From contig NC_086108.1 in NCBI RefSeq assembly GCF_963921235.1, positions 3,968,001 to 4,032,000 on the forward strand: 64,000 nucleotides of DNA. Reading direction: 5' to 3'. The translations under genes and the position numbers were made by a program. Shown here piece by piece: positions 46,881 to 61,794 of the stretch; the stretch's first letter is position 1; the number at the start of each line of letters is the position of its first letter. Below the pieces are notes generated by a model. The model was not told the DNA's origin and searched no databases. It worked only from the letters and a program-made list of their open reading frames with translations. The stretch is from Mobula hypostoma. Its lineage: Eukaryota.

Positions 46881-49386
46881 GCTTTGTCCTTCCACTCAGC
46901 ATTAACCTTAAAGGGTTAGGGATAAATCTGATGGAAATTCGCAAACTGCTAATGTTGAGTGCAACAACATATCATCACGTCATACAGCTCAGAATCAGAC
47001 CATCAACCAATCCCCCTCTCCAGTCAGTCACACTGATCCCACAAATTATTTCTCCGCACATTCTCCTCTTCCTAATACTCACCCACTCATTCAGGGCGAT
47101 TTACAGAGGCAAATCAGCCAACCAACCTGCAGGTCTGCTTGGACGTGGGAGGCAACTAGAGTACCCACAGGGTGACAAGAAGAGAATGTAAACTCCGCAT
47201 GGACAGCACTGGGGTCGGGGCTGAACCCAGATCTCTGGTGTGGTGAAGCTGCAGCTTGGTGAGCCAAGCCATTGTGTGAGCCCTTGACCTCAAGTGGCAT
47301 GGAGCTGGGGGGGAAGAAAATCTGAAAAAAACCTGCAGATGCTGAAACACCTAAAATAAAAACAGAAAATGAAGGAAACCCTCAGCAGTTCAGGCAGCAT
47401 CTGTGAAAGAGAATATGTTCACGCTTCAGGTTAATGACTTTTCCTTTCTCTATAAGGTGTCACCTGACATGCTGAGTTTTTCCATATCTGTTGTTAGGTT
47501 TTTTTTGGCAAAGGAACCAAGTTGAGAGGTAGATAATCTATAATGTAATTTAGTGTCTGAACGGCTCAGAAGGGCTGACTGGCCAGTCAGTAGTATAGAA
47601 GTCAGCACGATACAGTTACAGCTCAGGGCATCAGAGTTCGGAGTTCATCTCCTGCTGCTGCCTTGAGGAGTTGTACGTTCTCCCTGCGAACGCATGAATT
47701 TCCTCTGGTTTCCTCCCACAGTCCAAGGACAGACGGTAAATTGTCCCGTGTAGGCTAGGGGTTAAATAGGTCGGTTGCTGGGTGGTGCAGATCAGTAGGC
47801 CAGAAGGGGCTGACTGGCGCTGTATTGCTAAAACACAAGTAAATAAATCATGGTTCTGTTACGATATGTAGGTTATGACCAAAATTGCTGGGGTCACTCA
47901 GCACTACAGTGCATGTGTGCCTTAAGTGCATCAAAAATTAAACCTACAGAAATGAACAAAAACAGTGAAAAGAAAACTGCCAATATATACAAAAAGACAG
48001 ATACCAGAAAATACAATAACAGCTCCATATTTTGTCCTAGAAGCCTCAATCTCGCTCTACCACTGAAAGAAATCTGCCCCGTTTTTGAGGCAAAAGGACA
48101 TTCCATCTTTAATTACTCACAAAGTTAACGTAAGACTACACATGAATCAGAATATGATGCACCCCACGATCATATTACAATATAGGCAGAAGTGTCTATC
48201 TTAAATACAGTGTACAAACAACATATACATACTTCCATCCCCATCACTAAAGAAGTGGAATACTCTGCCATGTATGGTAGAAAGGCACCATAAAGCCGAT
48301 TGGGGAAGACATCGAAGTGCAACAACAGCAGATTGACAATGCAACGGTAGTGTGTGGCTGTGTGTAAGAGCACATGTGTACTGAGCACTTTCCGTCCCAG
48401 GCTCAGTGTCCTGTGCGCTGCTGTCCCAAGCACAGTTCATGCATCATCTGGTGACATGATGGCAGTTTGTCACCACATTGGCAACTCATTATGGGGCTGG
48501 AGTGAGATTGGGGGTAAATTATTGTGTTGAGTTTTAGCGGGTTTGCCCTTCTGATGCCCCTCCTGGGGTGGTTTGATAGCAGGGAGTTCTCGGGGTTGGA
48601 TTATTCCATCCCAGAGATACCTCACGTACTGACAGCTGGAGGGAGGGTTTCAATCCGTTTGTTTATTTATTTATTGAGCTAAGGCACAGAATAGGCCCTT
48701 CCAGCCTTTCGAGCCGCACTGCCCAGCAACCCTGATTTAATCCTAGCCTAATCACAGGACAATTACAATGACCACTTGATCTACCATCCGGTACATCTTT
48801 GGACTGTGGGAGGAAACCTAGCACCCAGAAGAGACCTACGCAGACACAGGGATAACGTACAAACTCCTTACAGGCAGCGGTGGGAATTGAACCTGGGACG
48901 CTGGTACCATAAGGCGTTGTGCTGACTGTGCACCTTTATTATGAACATGACCATCTTATGTCTGCTTTACAGCCACTGAGCTGCTTAACGACTGTGAGTG
49001 AGAATGATCCCAGGAATGAAAGGAAAGGGTTAGCGTATGAGGAGCGTTTGATGACTCTCAGTCTGTACTCACTGGAGTTTAGAAGAACAAGGGAGGACCT
49101 CATTGAAACCAACCGAACATTGGAGGGCCTAGTTCAGGGCTTCCTAACCTGGGGTCCCTGCAACCTGCAATGGGATTGGTCTGACATAAAAAAGGCTGGG
49201 TACCCCTGGCTAGATAGAGTGGGCATGGAGAGGATGTTTCCAACAGTGGAGAAGTGTAGGACCAGAGGGCACAGACTGAGAATAGGAGAAAGAGAACATT
49301 GGTGGTATGATTGCATGAACTTGCAGGGATGGGAGATTACTGTGCCCCAGTTCTCTGATCAAGTCAATTTGTTGTGCTGTTTCCAG

Positions 49387-49701
49387 GTCTTCGAGGATGC
49401 TCACGTTGATGCTGTGATGACTCTCGGGGAGGCATTTGCTCAGACCCAGTCCTTCGACTTTGGGTCCCAGGACACCACACGTCGAATCCAGAGGCTGATC
49501 CCAGTGATGCTGAAGCATAGGCTGACACCCCCTCCCGAGGAATCGTACTCGCTCCACCGTAAAGTGGCTGGCTCCTTCCTCATCTGTTCCAAACTGCAGG
49601 CAAACATCCCTTGCAAGGAGATGTTTGACAAGATCTATGCTGAGTACTTCAACCAACTGGAGGAGGAGCCATTTCAGATGCAGCGTCCTTCGGTGGCCTA
49701 G
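49387..49701 (+). CDS. COQ8B: COQ8B terminal coding exon ([17 protein letters not shown]...[24 protein letters not shown]...QRPSVA*)
   Basis: tttccag| acceptor; 315 nt ending in TAG; PPPEExYSLHRK motif. The 8 exons total 1035 nt in one open frame. Confidence 0.95.
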   Translation, partial: VFEDAHVDAVMTLGEAFAQTQSFDFGSQDTTRRIQRLIPVMLKHRLTPPPEESYSLHRKVAGSFLICSKLQANIPCKEMFDKIYAEYFNQLEEEPFQMQRPSVA

Positions 49702-49962
49702 GTTCAGAAGAACGGTTTGGGAGCTAGGACACTGATTAAATGTATTCTTTACAGATGACATTCCTATTGGTGGATTCTGAGCACTGTAAGTGGAACCTGA
49801 CCAATCACGTTCCTTCCACTGTGACCCTCGTCCAATGGAGTGTTCACCTGCAGGTGGTGGCTTGGTTTATTGTTTACTTCCTCTCTAGCCCTGAAAACTC
49901 CTCCAATGTGTACGTGAACATTGACCACCAAGTTCATGAGTCTGCAGGAATGCTATTTTTAA

Positions 49963-49968
49963 AATAAA
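49963..49968 (+). promoter_or_regulatory. Candidate poly(A) signal of COQ8B
   Basis: AATAAA about 260 nt after the stop codon with T/GT-rich sequence downstream; an ATTAAA also lies at 49735-49740. Confidence 0.5.
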
Positions 49969-50264
49969 TTTGTCATATGTGGGAACTAATATTACTTTGG
50001 AATATTTGTACTATCAAACAGGAGAGTATTCATTGCCTTGGGATGTCGTTTTTATTATTTATTACATGTACGTCAGAACATTAAAACATACCAGTGAAGT
50101 GCATCATTTTGCGTAAAATCAAATCCGCGAGGATTCTGCTGGGGCAGCCCGAATAGCATGCCCACAGGTTATTAACCCTCACCCCAACCTTTACGTATGT
50201 CTTTGGTCCGTGGAGAGAAAACTGGACCACTCGGAGGAAACTTGCGTGATCACGGGGAGAACAT

Positions 50265-52570
50265 CAGAATCAGGTTTAATATCACCAGCATATGTCGTGA
50301 AGTTTGTTGTCTTTGTGAAAACAATACAATGCAATACATAATAATAGAGAAAAAAACCTGTGAATTACAGTAAGTATATTTAGTTAAGTAAGTATAGCAA
50401 AAATGGAAATTAAAAATAAATAGTGAGGTAGTGTTCATGGGTTCAGCATGCATTCAGAAATCAGATGGCAGAGGGGAAGAAGCTGTTCCTGAATCTTTGA
50501 ATGTGTGCCTTTAGGCTCCTGTACCTCCTCCCTGATGGTAACAGTGAGAAAAGGGCAGGTTCTGGGTGATGGGGGTCCTTAATGATGGACGCCACCTTTT
50601 TGAGGGATTGCTCTTTGAAGGTGTCCTGGATACTTACAGAGGCTAGTGCCCATGATGAAGCTAAGTTTACAACTCTCAGTAGCTTATTTCAATCCTGTGT
50701 AGAAGCACCCCCTCCCAATCCCAGATGGTGATGCAGCCAGTTAGAATGCTTTGCATGGTACATCTATAGAAATTTGCAAGTGTCATTGGTGACATCCCAA
50801 ATTTCCTCAAATTCATAATGAAGTATGGCTGCTGTCGTGCCTCCTTTGTAACTGCATCGATATGTTGGGTCCAGTTTAGGTCTTCAGAGGTATTGACACC
50901 CAGAAATTTAAAATTGCTCACTCTCTCCACTTCTGATCCCTCTGAGGTTGCTTTGTGTTCCTTCATCTTACCCTTTCTGAAGTCCACAATCAGCTCTTTT
51001 GATGTTGCGTGCAAAGTTGTTGCTGCGACAGCACTCAACTGGCTGATGTATCTCACTCCTGTACACCCTCTCGTCACCATCTGAACTTCTGCCAACAATA
51101 ATTGTGACATCAGCAAATTTATAGATGGCATTTGAGCAGTGCCTAGCTAGAAAGTCGTGGTTGTTGAGAAAATAGAACAATGGGCTGAGCACATATCCCT
51201 GAGGTGCGCCAGTGTTAACTGTCAGCAAGGTGGAGATGTTATTTTCAATACACAAGCTGTGGTCTTCCATTTAGGAGGTCGAGGATCCAGTTGCAGAGGG
51301 AAGTACAGAGGCCCAGGTTTTGAAGCTTTTCCATCAGAACTGTAGGAATGATTGTGTTAAACACTGAGCTGTAATCAGTAAACAGTTGACATGGGTATTA
51401 GTATTGTCCAGGTGATCCAAGGCCAAGTTACAATCCAGTCAGATCATATCCGCTGTAGACCTATTGTGGTGATAGGCAAATTGCAGTGGGTCCAGCTCTG
51501 TGCTGAAACAGGAGTTAATTCTAGCCATAACCAACCTCTGAAAGTACTTCATCACCGTAGATGTGAGTGCTACTGGACGATGGTCGTTAAGGCAGCTCAC
51601 CCTGCTCTTCTTGGGAACTGGTATGATTGTCGCCCCTTTGAAGCAGGTGGGAACTTCCGACAGTAGCAGTGAGAGGTTGAAAATGTCTTTGAATACCCCC
51701 GCCAGTTGGTTGGCACAGGTTTTCAGAGCCTTACCAGGTAACCATCAGATCCTGCCACCTTGCGAGGGTTCACCCTCTTGAAAGACAGCCTGATATCGAC
51801 CTCCGAGACTGAGATCATGGTCACTGGGTGCTGTAGGCACCCTTTCAAAGCGAGGATAATAGGCATTGAGCTGATCTGGAAATGAAGCATCACTGCCAAT
51901 CATGACGTTGGGTTTTGCTTAGTATGAAGTAATGGCCTACAAACCCTGCCAAAGTTGACATGTATCCGATTCCACCTCCAACCTCATTCAGAGTTGTTTC
52001 TTTGCTCTTGAGATAAACCTCTGTAAGTTGTACATTGTTTTCTTGTATAGTCCTGGGTCAGCAGACTACAAACCTCCAGGTTCATCCACAGCTTTTGGTT
52101 TGGGAATGTACAGTATGTCTTTGTAGGCACATACTCATCCACACAGGTTTTAATGAAGTTGGTAACAACTGCAGCATACTCATTCAGATTCGAAGATGAA
52201 TCACTGATTACAGTCCAGTCGACTGATTCAAAGCAGTCCTGTAGGCACTCCTGTGCTTCCCTTGTCCATACCTTCTAGGTCCTCACTACTGGTGGTGCAG
52301 TCTTCAGTCTCTGCCTATACTCAGAGAGGAGTACAGCCAGGTGATCAGACTTCCCGAAGTGTGGGCATGGGTTAGTACGGTAGGCACTCTTGATGGTGGT
52401 GTAACAGTGGTCCAGTGTGTTATTTCCTCAGGTACTGCAGGTGATGTGGTGTTGATAATTATTTAGTGACTTTATCAAGCTGGCCTGGTTAAAGTTCCCT
52501 AAAATGATGAGGCAGGCGTCAGAATGTGTTGTTTCATGCCTGTTGATTACGTTGCTCAGTTCGACTAGAG
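50265..52570 (-). mobile_element. Rex1/Babar-type LINE, long degenerate copy
   Basis: NTGAPQGYVLSP, YKFADVTIIVGR, KELIVDFRK, FYRCTMQSILT motifs; upstream endonuclease-like remnants. Confidence 0.8.
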
Positions 52571-54799
52571 CCTTGCTTGCGGACAATGGTGAGAATTGAA
52601 TCCTGATTGCTGGTACTGTGATAGCACCACACTATCCGTGCCACCCAGATTAATAACCAGATATTGGTAATCGTTTAAGCCATTGACAGTCAGACTAGAG
52701 GGAATTCTGAAATGGAAATGCATAAGTATTGGAAACGCTCAATGGGTCAGGCAACATCTGAGGAGGGAGAAGCAGTTATTGCTTCACGCTGGTGACCACC
52801 CAAAGAGAAACCCTTACTGCTGTTTTTCGGGATCCTGTGCCTGGGGTTTCGAGGAATGGCGGGGGGTGGGGGGTGGAATCTCATTGAAATACATTGAATA
52901 TTCAAAGGCTTCAAAAGAGTGGACACGGAGAGTAAGTTTCCTATGATGGAGGAGACTAGGACCAGAGGGCACAGCCTCAGAATAGAAGGACATACCTTCA
53001 GAACAGATAAGAAGCATTATCTTTTGACAGAAAGTGGTGAATCTGTGGAATTCATTGCCACAGATGACTGGAGGCCAAGTCATGAGGTATACATAAAGCA
53101 GAGATGGGAAGGATCTTGATTAGTAAGGGCATCTAAGGTTATGGGAAGATGTAACAGAGATTGATAGGTTCTTGATTTGTAAGAGAGTCAAAGGTTATGG
53201 GGAGAAGGCAAGAGGGATAATAAATCAGCCGTGATAGAATGGTAGAGCAGACTCGATGGGCTGAATAGTCTGCTCGGTTCCTATGTCTTATTGTCTTTGG
53301 CCTTATGTAGAGCCAAGTCATTGGGTAGATCTAAAGTGGAGCTTGATAGGTTCTTCATTAGACAAGGTATCAAATGCTGCAGGAAGAAGAATGCGGTTGA
53401 CAGGGCAAATGAAGCGGCCATGTACAAATAGCGGAGCAGACACTATGGGCAGCTCCTATGTCTTATGGCCTTACGAAGAGCAGGAGCTAAAAGACTGCCC
53501 CTAAACATCAGAGAGCCCATCTCCCAGCCTCATCGGATGAACCAGCGAGGATTATGCACTCTTCTCTTTGAATTAGGAGGCACGAGAGAGATTCTGCAGA
53601 TACTGGAAATCCAGAGCAACACACTCAGAATGCTGAAGGCACCCAGCAGGACATCAGCAACTACGGAGAGGAATAAACAGTTGACATTTCAGGTTGGAAA
53701 GGAAAAGGGGTGATGGCCGGTATGAAGAATTATGGATGGGGAAGGAGTGGAGCAAGAACTGGTGGGTGATAGGTGGGTCCATGTGAGGAAGAGTACGAGA
53801 TAGGCAGGTGGGGAGAGGAGAATAGAAATAAAGATGAACGAGAAGACATGATGAGGCCGGTGGGATAAGGGAATAAAGGGGACAGAGATGAGTGGTTACC
53901 AGAAGGAAAATGGAGGGTCTATGTTAGATTGATCTTGGAGTAAGTTAAAGGGTTAGCACAGTACTGTGGGCCAAAGGGCTGTGCTGTCCTATGTTCATGC
54001 TGTGAATTAGGACCGGCTAGCTCTGAGCTCTGGTTGACAGGCCACACATGATTCAGTAGCGTAACTGCATGGTGGGGAGGGGGTGGCTGTGAGTGAGTGA
54101 ATGAATGTGCCACAGCCTGTTTCAGCCTGGAGAGATTTTTATTAAAATACTCCTGATCTTGCAGAAGCCTGTCATCCTCCCCATCTGCACATTAATGCTC
54201 TTCCCTTCCAGTTAATAAACCTCCCCTTGTCCGTTTGGAGATGAAAGCATAGACTCTCCATTTTCTCCGTCACACTGTTAAAACTGCATTAAGATCCCAC
54301 TGATTTCACACTCGAGGAGGCAGAATAATTGCAAATCTGTAGTGAACAGCAAATCCTGGAAACACTCAGCAGGTCAGGCAAGATATTACAAAATATTAAC
54401 ACATTGGCTAATCTTTGGATGCATTTTCAGTGGCCACTTTACTAGGTACACCTGTGCACCTGCTCGTTAATGCAAATATTTAATCCGCCAATCATGTGGC
54501 ATCAATTCAATGCATAAAAGGCATGCAGGCTTGCTCAAGAGGTTCAAAGGATTCAAAGTACATTTATTGTCAAATTATGTATGCAGTATACAACCCTGAG
54601 ATTAAAAAGACTATGAGAACAGTCGAGAGAACCACAGGGGTCTCCCAACCGTCCATCAGGGTCATTTATCAGGAGTATTGCATTTGCAGAGCCCGTAGAA
54701 TTATCAAGGATCCCACTCATACATCCAGCATCCTCTTTGACTTTCTATCATCAGGAAAGGAGACTGCGATGCACAAAAACAAGAATGGTCAGGATGGAA

Positions 54800-57700
54800 A
54801 ACCATAGGACCATAAGATATAGGAGCAGAATTAGGCCATTTAGCCCATTGAGTCTGCTCTGCTATTTCATCATGGTTGATTTTCCTCCCAGCCCCAATCT
54901 CCTAGCTTCTCCCTGTATCCCTTCATGCCCTGACCAACCAAGAATCTATCAACCTTTACCTTAAATATACGTTAAGACTTGGCCTCCACCGCTGCCTGTG
55001 GAAAAGAATTCCACAGATTCACTCCTCGCTGGCTAAAGAAATTCCTCCTCATCTCTGTTCTAAAAGGACAGCCCTCTTTTCTGAGGCTGTGTCCTCTGGA
55101 TGTAGACAGTTCCACCACAGGAAACATCTTCCACATCCACACTATCAAGGCTTTGCACCATTCAATAGGTTTCAATTAGGTCACCCCTCATTCTTCTGAA
55201 TTCCAGTGAATAAAGGCACAGAGCCCTCAAATGGCCTATGACAAGCTGTTTAATCCTGGAATTATTTTCGTGAAACTCCTCTGAACCCTCTCCAGTTTCA
55301 GTACATCCTTTCTAAGAAAAGCGGCCCAAACATTCTCACAATACTCCAAGCGAGGCCTCACCAGTGCTTTATAAAGTCTCAACATTACATCCTTGCTTTT
55401 ATATTCTAGTCCTCTTGAAATGAATGCTAACATTGCATTTGCTTTCCTCACCCCAGACCAATCCTACAAATTAACCTTTAGGGAATCCTGCACAAGGACT
55501 CCCAAATCCCTTTGTGCCTCAAATTTTTGTATTTGCTCTCTATTTAGAAAATAATCAACCCTTTCATTTCTGCTACCAAAGTACATGACCATACACTTCC
55601 CAATACTGTACTCCATCTGCCACTTCTTTGCCTATTCTAATCTGTCTGTCCTTCTGTCACCTCTGTTTCCTCAAAGTTACCTGCCCCTCCACCTATCTTT
55701 GTATTGTATGCAAACTTTGCAACAAAGCGATCAATTCCAAATCATTGACATAACTTAAAAAGAATCTGTCGCATCACAGACCCCTGTGGAACACCACAAG
55801 TCACCGGCAGCCAACCAGAAAAGGCTCCCTTTATTCCCACTCTTTGCCTCCTGCCAATCAGCCACTGTTGATTTTATCCATGCTAGATTCTTTTTCGTGA
55901 CAGCACGGGCTCATTGCTTGATAAGCTGCTTCATGTGTGGCACCTTGTCAAAGGCCTTCTGAAAATCCAAGTACACAACGTCAACCAATTCTCCTTTGTC
56001 TATCTGCTTGTTATTTCTTCAAAGAATTCCAACAGATTTGTCAGGCAAGATTGTCCCTTGAGGAAACCATGTTAACTCCAGCCTATTTTATCATGTGCAT
56101 CCAAGTACCCCAAAACCCCCATCCTTAACAATTGACTCCAACATCTTTACAACCACTGAGGTCAGACTAACTGGCCGATAATTTCCTTTCTTCTGCTTCT
56201 CTTCCTTCTTGAAGAGTGTAGTGACATATGCAATCTCCCAGTCGACTGGAACTAGTGATTCTTGAAATATCATTACTAGTACCTCCACAACCTCTTGATC
56301 CACCTCTTTCTGAACCCTGGAGTGCACTTCATCTAGTTCAGGTGACTTATCTACCTTCAGGTTTTTCAGTTTCACAAGAACCTGCTCTCTAGTTATGGTA
56401 ACCACACACTTCATGCCCCCTGTCACCTGAAACTTCCACCATACTGTTAGTGTCTTCCATAGTGAAGACTGATGCAAAATACTTATTCAGTTTGTCTGCC
56501 ATTTCCTTGTCCCATTACTACCGCTCCAGCATCATTTTCCAGTGGTCTGATATGCACTCTCACCTCTCTTTTACACTTTGTGCATCTGAAGAGGCCTTTG
56601 GTATCCTCTTTAATATTATTAGCTACCTTTGTAGTCCATCTTTTCCTACTTTGTGATTTTTTTTGTTGCCTTCTGTTGGTTTTTAAAAGCCTCCCAATCC
56701 TCTAACTTCCCACTGATTTTTGCTCTATTATAATGCCCCCTCTTTGGCTTTTATGTTGGTGTTGACTTCCCTTGTTAGAAAACTTCTTCCTCTTATGGAT
56801 GTATATATCCTGTGCCTTCTGAATGGCTTCCACAAATTCCAGCCATTGCTGCTCTGCTGTCATCCCTGCCAGTGTTCTTTTCCAATGAATTCTGGCCAAC
56901 TCCACTCTCATGCCTCTGTAATTCCCTTTACTCCACTATAATACTGATACATATGACTTTAGCTTCTATTTCTCAAATTTCAGGGTAAATTTGATCATAT
57001 TATAATCACTTGTCCCTAAGTGTTCTTTTACCTTAAGCTCTCTAATCAATTCTGGTTCATTGCACAACACCCAATTCAGAACAGCAGATCTCCTAGTGGG
57101 CTTAACCATGTGCTGCTCCAAAAAGCCATCTTGTAGGCACTCTAGAAACTCCCCCTCTTGGAATCCTGCACCAAACTGATTTTCCTAATCTGCCTATATT
57201 GAAATACCCTTGACTATTGTAACATTGCCCTTTCAGTATGCATTTTCTATCTCCCGTTGTAATTTGTAGAACACATCCTCACTACTGTTTGGGGTCTGTA
57301 TACAACTCCCATCAGGGTCTTTTTACCCTTACAGTTCCTTAGCTCTATCCAAAATGATTCAATACCTTCCAACCCTATGTCACCTCTTTCTAATGATTTA
57401 ATTTCATTTTTTACCAACAGAACCAGGCCACCTGCCTGTCCTTTAGATACAATATGTATCCTTGGACATGAAGCTCCCAGCTATAATCTTCTTTCAACCA
57501 TGATTCAGTGATGCCTACAACATCATACTTGCCAATCTGTAACTGTACACGTTCATTGATTTATTCCATATATTGTGAGGATTAAAATATAATGTCTTCA
57601 GTCTTGTATTCATCCTTTTCGATTTTTGTCCACCTTTTACGTTGCAACTCATCCTGTTGACTGTAATTTTGTCCTGTCATCAACCTCTCCTTGCTGGGAG

Positions 57701-58640
57701 TCTTAGTACACATTGCCTCTGTTTGTACACCAACTACCTCTTCTTCAGCACATCACACCGGTTCCCTGCCCCCTGCCACATTAGATTAAACCCAATCTGC
57801 CTGGAAGGATATTGGACCCCCCTCCAAAAACTTGGGTTCAGGTGTAATCTGTCCCTTTTGTATTGGTCATAATTTCCCCAGGAGAGATCCCAAGGATCCA
57901 TAAATTTGCACCAGTTCCTCAGCCACGCATTCACCCGCCAAATCATCCTATTCTTACCCTCACTGGCAATTGGCACAGGCAGCAGTCCAGAGGTTACTAT
58001 CCTGGAGGTCCTGTTTCTCAACTTTCTACCCAGCTCCCTAAGTCTTCAGGATCTCCTCACCCTGTCCACCTATGTCATTGGTGCCAATATTTACCAGGAC
58101 TTCTGGCTGCTCACCTTCGTCCTTGAGAATGCCATGGACACCATCTGAGACATACCTGATCCTGGCACCAGGGAAGCAACATACCACTCAGGGTCTCTAT
58201 TGCACCCACAGGACCCGTCTCTGTCCCTCTGGTTAAAGAATCTCCTATCAACACTGCAGTCCTCTTCACCTCCCTGCTCTTCAGAGCCACAGCACCAGAC
58301 TCAGTGCCAGAGACCCGGTTGCTGTGGCTCCCCCCGATAGGTCACCCCCCTCCATAATATCTAAAGTTATATACCTATTACTGAGGGAATGGCCACAGGC
58401 GTAGTTCGCACTGGCTGTCCATTCCCCCTCCTTCTCCTGACAGTGGCCCAGTTACCTATCTCCTGCAGCCTAGGTATGACTATCTCCTGTCTGTCATCTC
58501 CTCAGTCTCCCGTATGAGTCAAAGGTTATCGGGCTGCAGCTCCAGTTCTTTGAAACGTTCTCTCAGGATCTGCAGCTCAGTACATCTGGTGCAGGTGTGT
58601 TTATCTGGGAGACTGGAGGTTGCCCAGTTTCCCACAATAC
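54800..58640 (-). mobile_element. CR1 LINE, long degenerate copy (ORF1 and ORF2 remnants)
   Basis: GNYRPVSLTSVV, AFISRGLEYKSK, RPRLEYC, FFSQRGVNLWNS; ORF1 esterase-like NAWLRNWC..YKRDRLHLN. Confidence 0.85.
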
Positions 58641-59794
58641 TTTTTAGTACAGGACTGATGACCCGGATTCAATTCCCACTGCTGACTGTAAGGAGTTTGT
58701 ACGTTCTCCCGATGACCGTGTGGGTTTCCTCCGGGTGCTCTGGTTTCCTCCCACAGTCCAAAGATGCACTGGTTGGTGGGTTAATTGGTCATTGTAAATT
58801 GTCCCGCGATTAGGCAGGAGTTAAATCGGGGGATTCTGGGCAGCACAACTTGAAGGGCCGGAAGGGCCTATTCCACGCTGAATCTCAATAATTAATTTAT
58901 GCACTTTGTTTATTTATGCATAATTCATTTATAGATTTAATTCTTACTTTCCTAAGTTATTGTGTGTTATGTGTACTATTGTGCTTTCCCAGAGAAACGT
59001 TTTCTCATTTTGCAGAATTCATGGATATAGCTAAATGGCAATGAACTTGACTTGACTTGAAGATGCTTATCCTCTTCCACCTTCCCATTTAACTTGTTGG
59101 CCTAAATCCACATCCCTTTGTCAAGCAGTGAATGGGCCAACATAGAAATCTGTTGCTTATTATTACTTGACCCTTCTCGGGCATGGGAAGACCCCCTTGA
59201 GTTTGCCTCCTAGGCCTTTTTAGATTTGGAGAAAATGTCCTGCGTGGTTGTCAGGAAGGGATACTTGGCTGTTGGAGGTGGTGGGGGGAGGGATTGCCTC
59301 TACTGGAAGCTGGGACATAACTCTGGGTCAAATCCAGAGAGGTGGAAATTGGTTTTGTGGGGGGCAAATTTAAAAAAAACAAGAAAGTATTGAGAAAACA
59401 AGACTGTTTTCTGTAAAGCGATCTCCTGTTTCTGGATTCTTTCCAAGGACATGAATCAATTGCAAAACAAAATGGTCGAACCTTTCAATATTTAAATACT
59501 CGGTTAAAAGCTCTCCTACCAATATAAGACCTTGGGAGAGCCACCTATGCAACTTCAGGCTTTTAAACCACTTTGAGGTATGCAGCTACCCATTCAGCCA
59601 GAGCCTGTGCATGTAGCATCAAATGTTTGCACCTGCCATCTATTACTGGAGTCAAACTGCATTAGAGACCTCGTAACCCCCCCACCCCGTTATTCTGAGT
59701 TGCTGTGTGAGTGAGCGTGATTTCCAACAGAACAGTCGGGACTGGCTAAGTAACACAGAGAGGCAACGATGTGTGGATCTGTGGTGAAGTTACG

Positions 59795-60297
59795 CTGAGT
59801 GGCCACTTTATTAGGTACCTCCCGTACCTGAGTGTACATTCGTGATCCTCTGCTGCTGTAGCCCATCTGCTTCAGCATTTGACATGTTGTGCATGCAGAG
59901 ATGCTCTTCTGCACACTACTGTTGTAACATTTGAGTTACTGTCACCTTCCTGTCGGCTTGAACCAGTCTGGCCAATCTCCTCTGACCCCTCTTATTAACA
60001 AGGCATTTTCACCCACAGAACTATCACTCACTGGATGATTTTTGTTTTTCACACCATTTTCTGCAAATTCTACAGACGACAAATTCCCAAGAGATCAGCA
60101 GTTTCTGAGATACTCAAACCACCCCATCTGGCACTAACCATCAATCCACAGCCAAAGTCACTTAGATCACATTTCTTCCTCGTTCTGATGTTTGATCTGA
60201 ACAACAACTGAACCTCTTGACCATGTCTGCATGCTTTTATGCACTGAGTTGCTGCCACATGATTGGCTGATTAGATATCTGTATTAACGAGCAGGAG
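59795..60297 (-). mobile_element. Non-autonomous Tc1 remnant of a second family (fragment also at 54428-54545)
   Basis: AGTGGCCACTTTATTAGGTAC end; KKCDLSDFGCGLMVSARWGGLSISETADLLG HTH remnant. Confidence 0.75.
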
Positions 60298-61794
60298 AGT
60301 AGCTGAGTATATGTCCTCACTTTATCAAAGGGTAAGTTTTGACAAGAAGACTCACATGGAGCTTTTGAGAGGACATTGATTGTGTGAATGCGGACAGTCA
60401 GTGTCCCGGAGTTGGGGGAATCAAGGACCAGAGGGCACAAGTTTAAGGCAGGGGTTCCCAACTTGTGGTCCACGACATAAAAAAGGGTTGGGAGCCCCTG
60501 TTTCAAGGTGAGAGGGAGAGATTTAAAAGGGATCTGAGGGGCAAGTTCTCACAGAAGGTGGTCCGCATGTGGAATAAGCTGCCAGATGAACTGGTTGAGT
60601 CATGTACATTAACAACATTTCAAAGTTACTTGGACAAGTGCGTAGATAGGGAAGGTTCATGTTTTTTTAATTTAGATATACAGCACGGGAACAGGCCTGA
60701 CGAGCCCACACCACCCTGTGACCAATTAACCTACTCACCCATACGTCTCTGGACTGTGGGCGGAAGCCAGAGCACTCGGAGGAAACCCACAGGGAGAACG
60801 TACCAATTCCTCATGTACAACGAGAGAACTGAACCCAGGTTAGGCTAACCGTGCAGAGATCAGTGGGAGAATGAGACTAGCTTAGACAGCAATCTTGGTC
60901 AGCATGTGCAAGATGGGCCAAAGGACCTGAGTCCTTGTTGTATGACTGTGTAGGGAAAAACTTTCACCAGCGCAGGGTAGATAACCATAAGGCATAGATT
61001 TATGGAGCTTCATCGCTTTTTAGTGTTCCTTGGGCACTGGAGGTGATGACGTGAATTGTTCAAAGCCTTGACTCCACTTTCTGAATCAAAATCAGAATCC
61101 GGTTTAATATCATTTGCATACTGTATGCTGTGAAGTTTGTTGTCTTGCAGCAGCAGAGTAGTGCATTGGGCCTCTGTCAGTCAGGTGGACCATGGTTGTT
61201 GTGTACCAGAATGTAGACACATGTCAGTTCTTACATACCAGCTGTCTACATGATACGCGAGCCTGGAGAGCACGATACGGAGAGCAAGCTGTTGCCCATG
61301 TAGCAAGCTCCCCCTCCCCGTGCATCTGATGAACCCAAGGGAACGACAGAGACTGATACAGTTTAGCATCAGCAGCATTGCAGGAGTTGCCAGTCAGCAT
61401 TGAATTCAACACAGGGACCCCAACTCCGGATTTTACCTTCAAGGTTTACCCCCTAGGTCTTCCCCATGAGTGGATATAACCACAAGGCAGCGGAGGTTTG
61501 AGATCAGAGTTTTCCTTCTAGATGAGCTGCCGACCACAGCTGTCGAGCCCCATCTGCCTGGAGTGACTGGTTTTAAGGTGCCAGTGACTTGCCTTCACCT
61601 GTCAGTAGACACAGCTCCACCATACTTAGTAGCTAAGCCACAGGTGAAGACCAGGAGCTGGACTTGGTTGTCAGAGGTTATTTGAAGCACACGCCATTGG
61701 GAGCATTTAATAGGTAGAGGGAGCTTATTGCCATTACCAACCCCGGCTATAACAACCTTAAGGAACCAGCGCTGTATGTATGCAGGTGGAGATT

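Noticed and set aside
48919..49386. 156-codon N-terminal extension of the 260-aa ORF containing the last COQ8B exon
   Set aside because: Intronic read-through across CR1 and MITE fragments; homology starts at the acceptor at 49387.
11230..49701. Assignment as COQ8A (ADCK3)
   Set aside because: Some residues are COQ8A-like ([15 protein letters not shown]), but [29 protein letters not shown] and [20 protein letters not shown] favour COQ8B from recalled sequences. Phylogeny or synteny would settle it.
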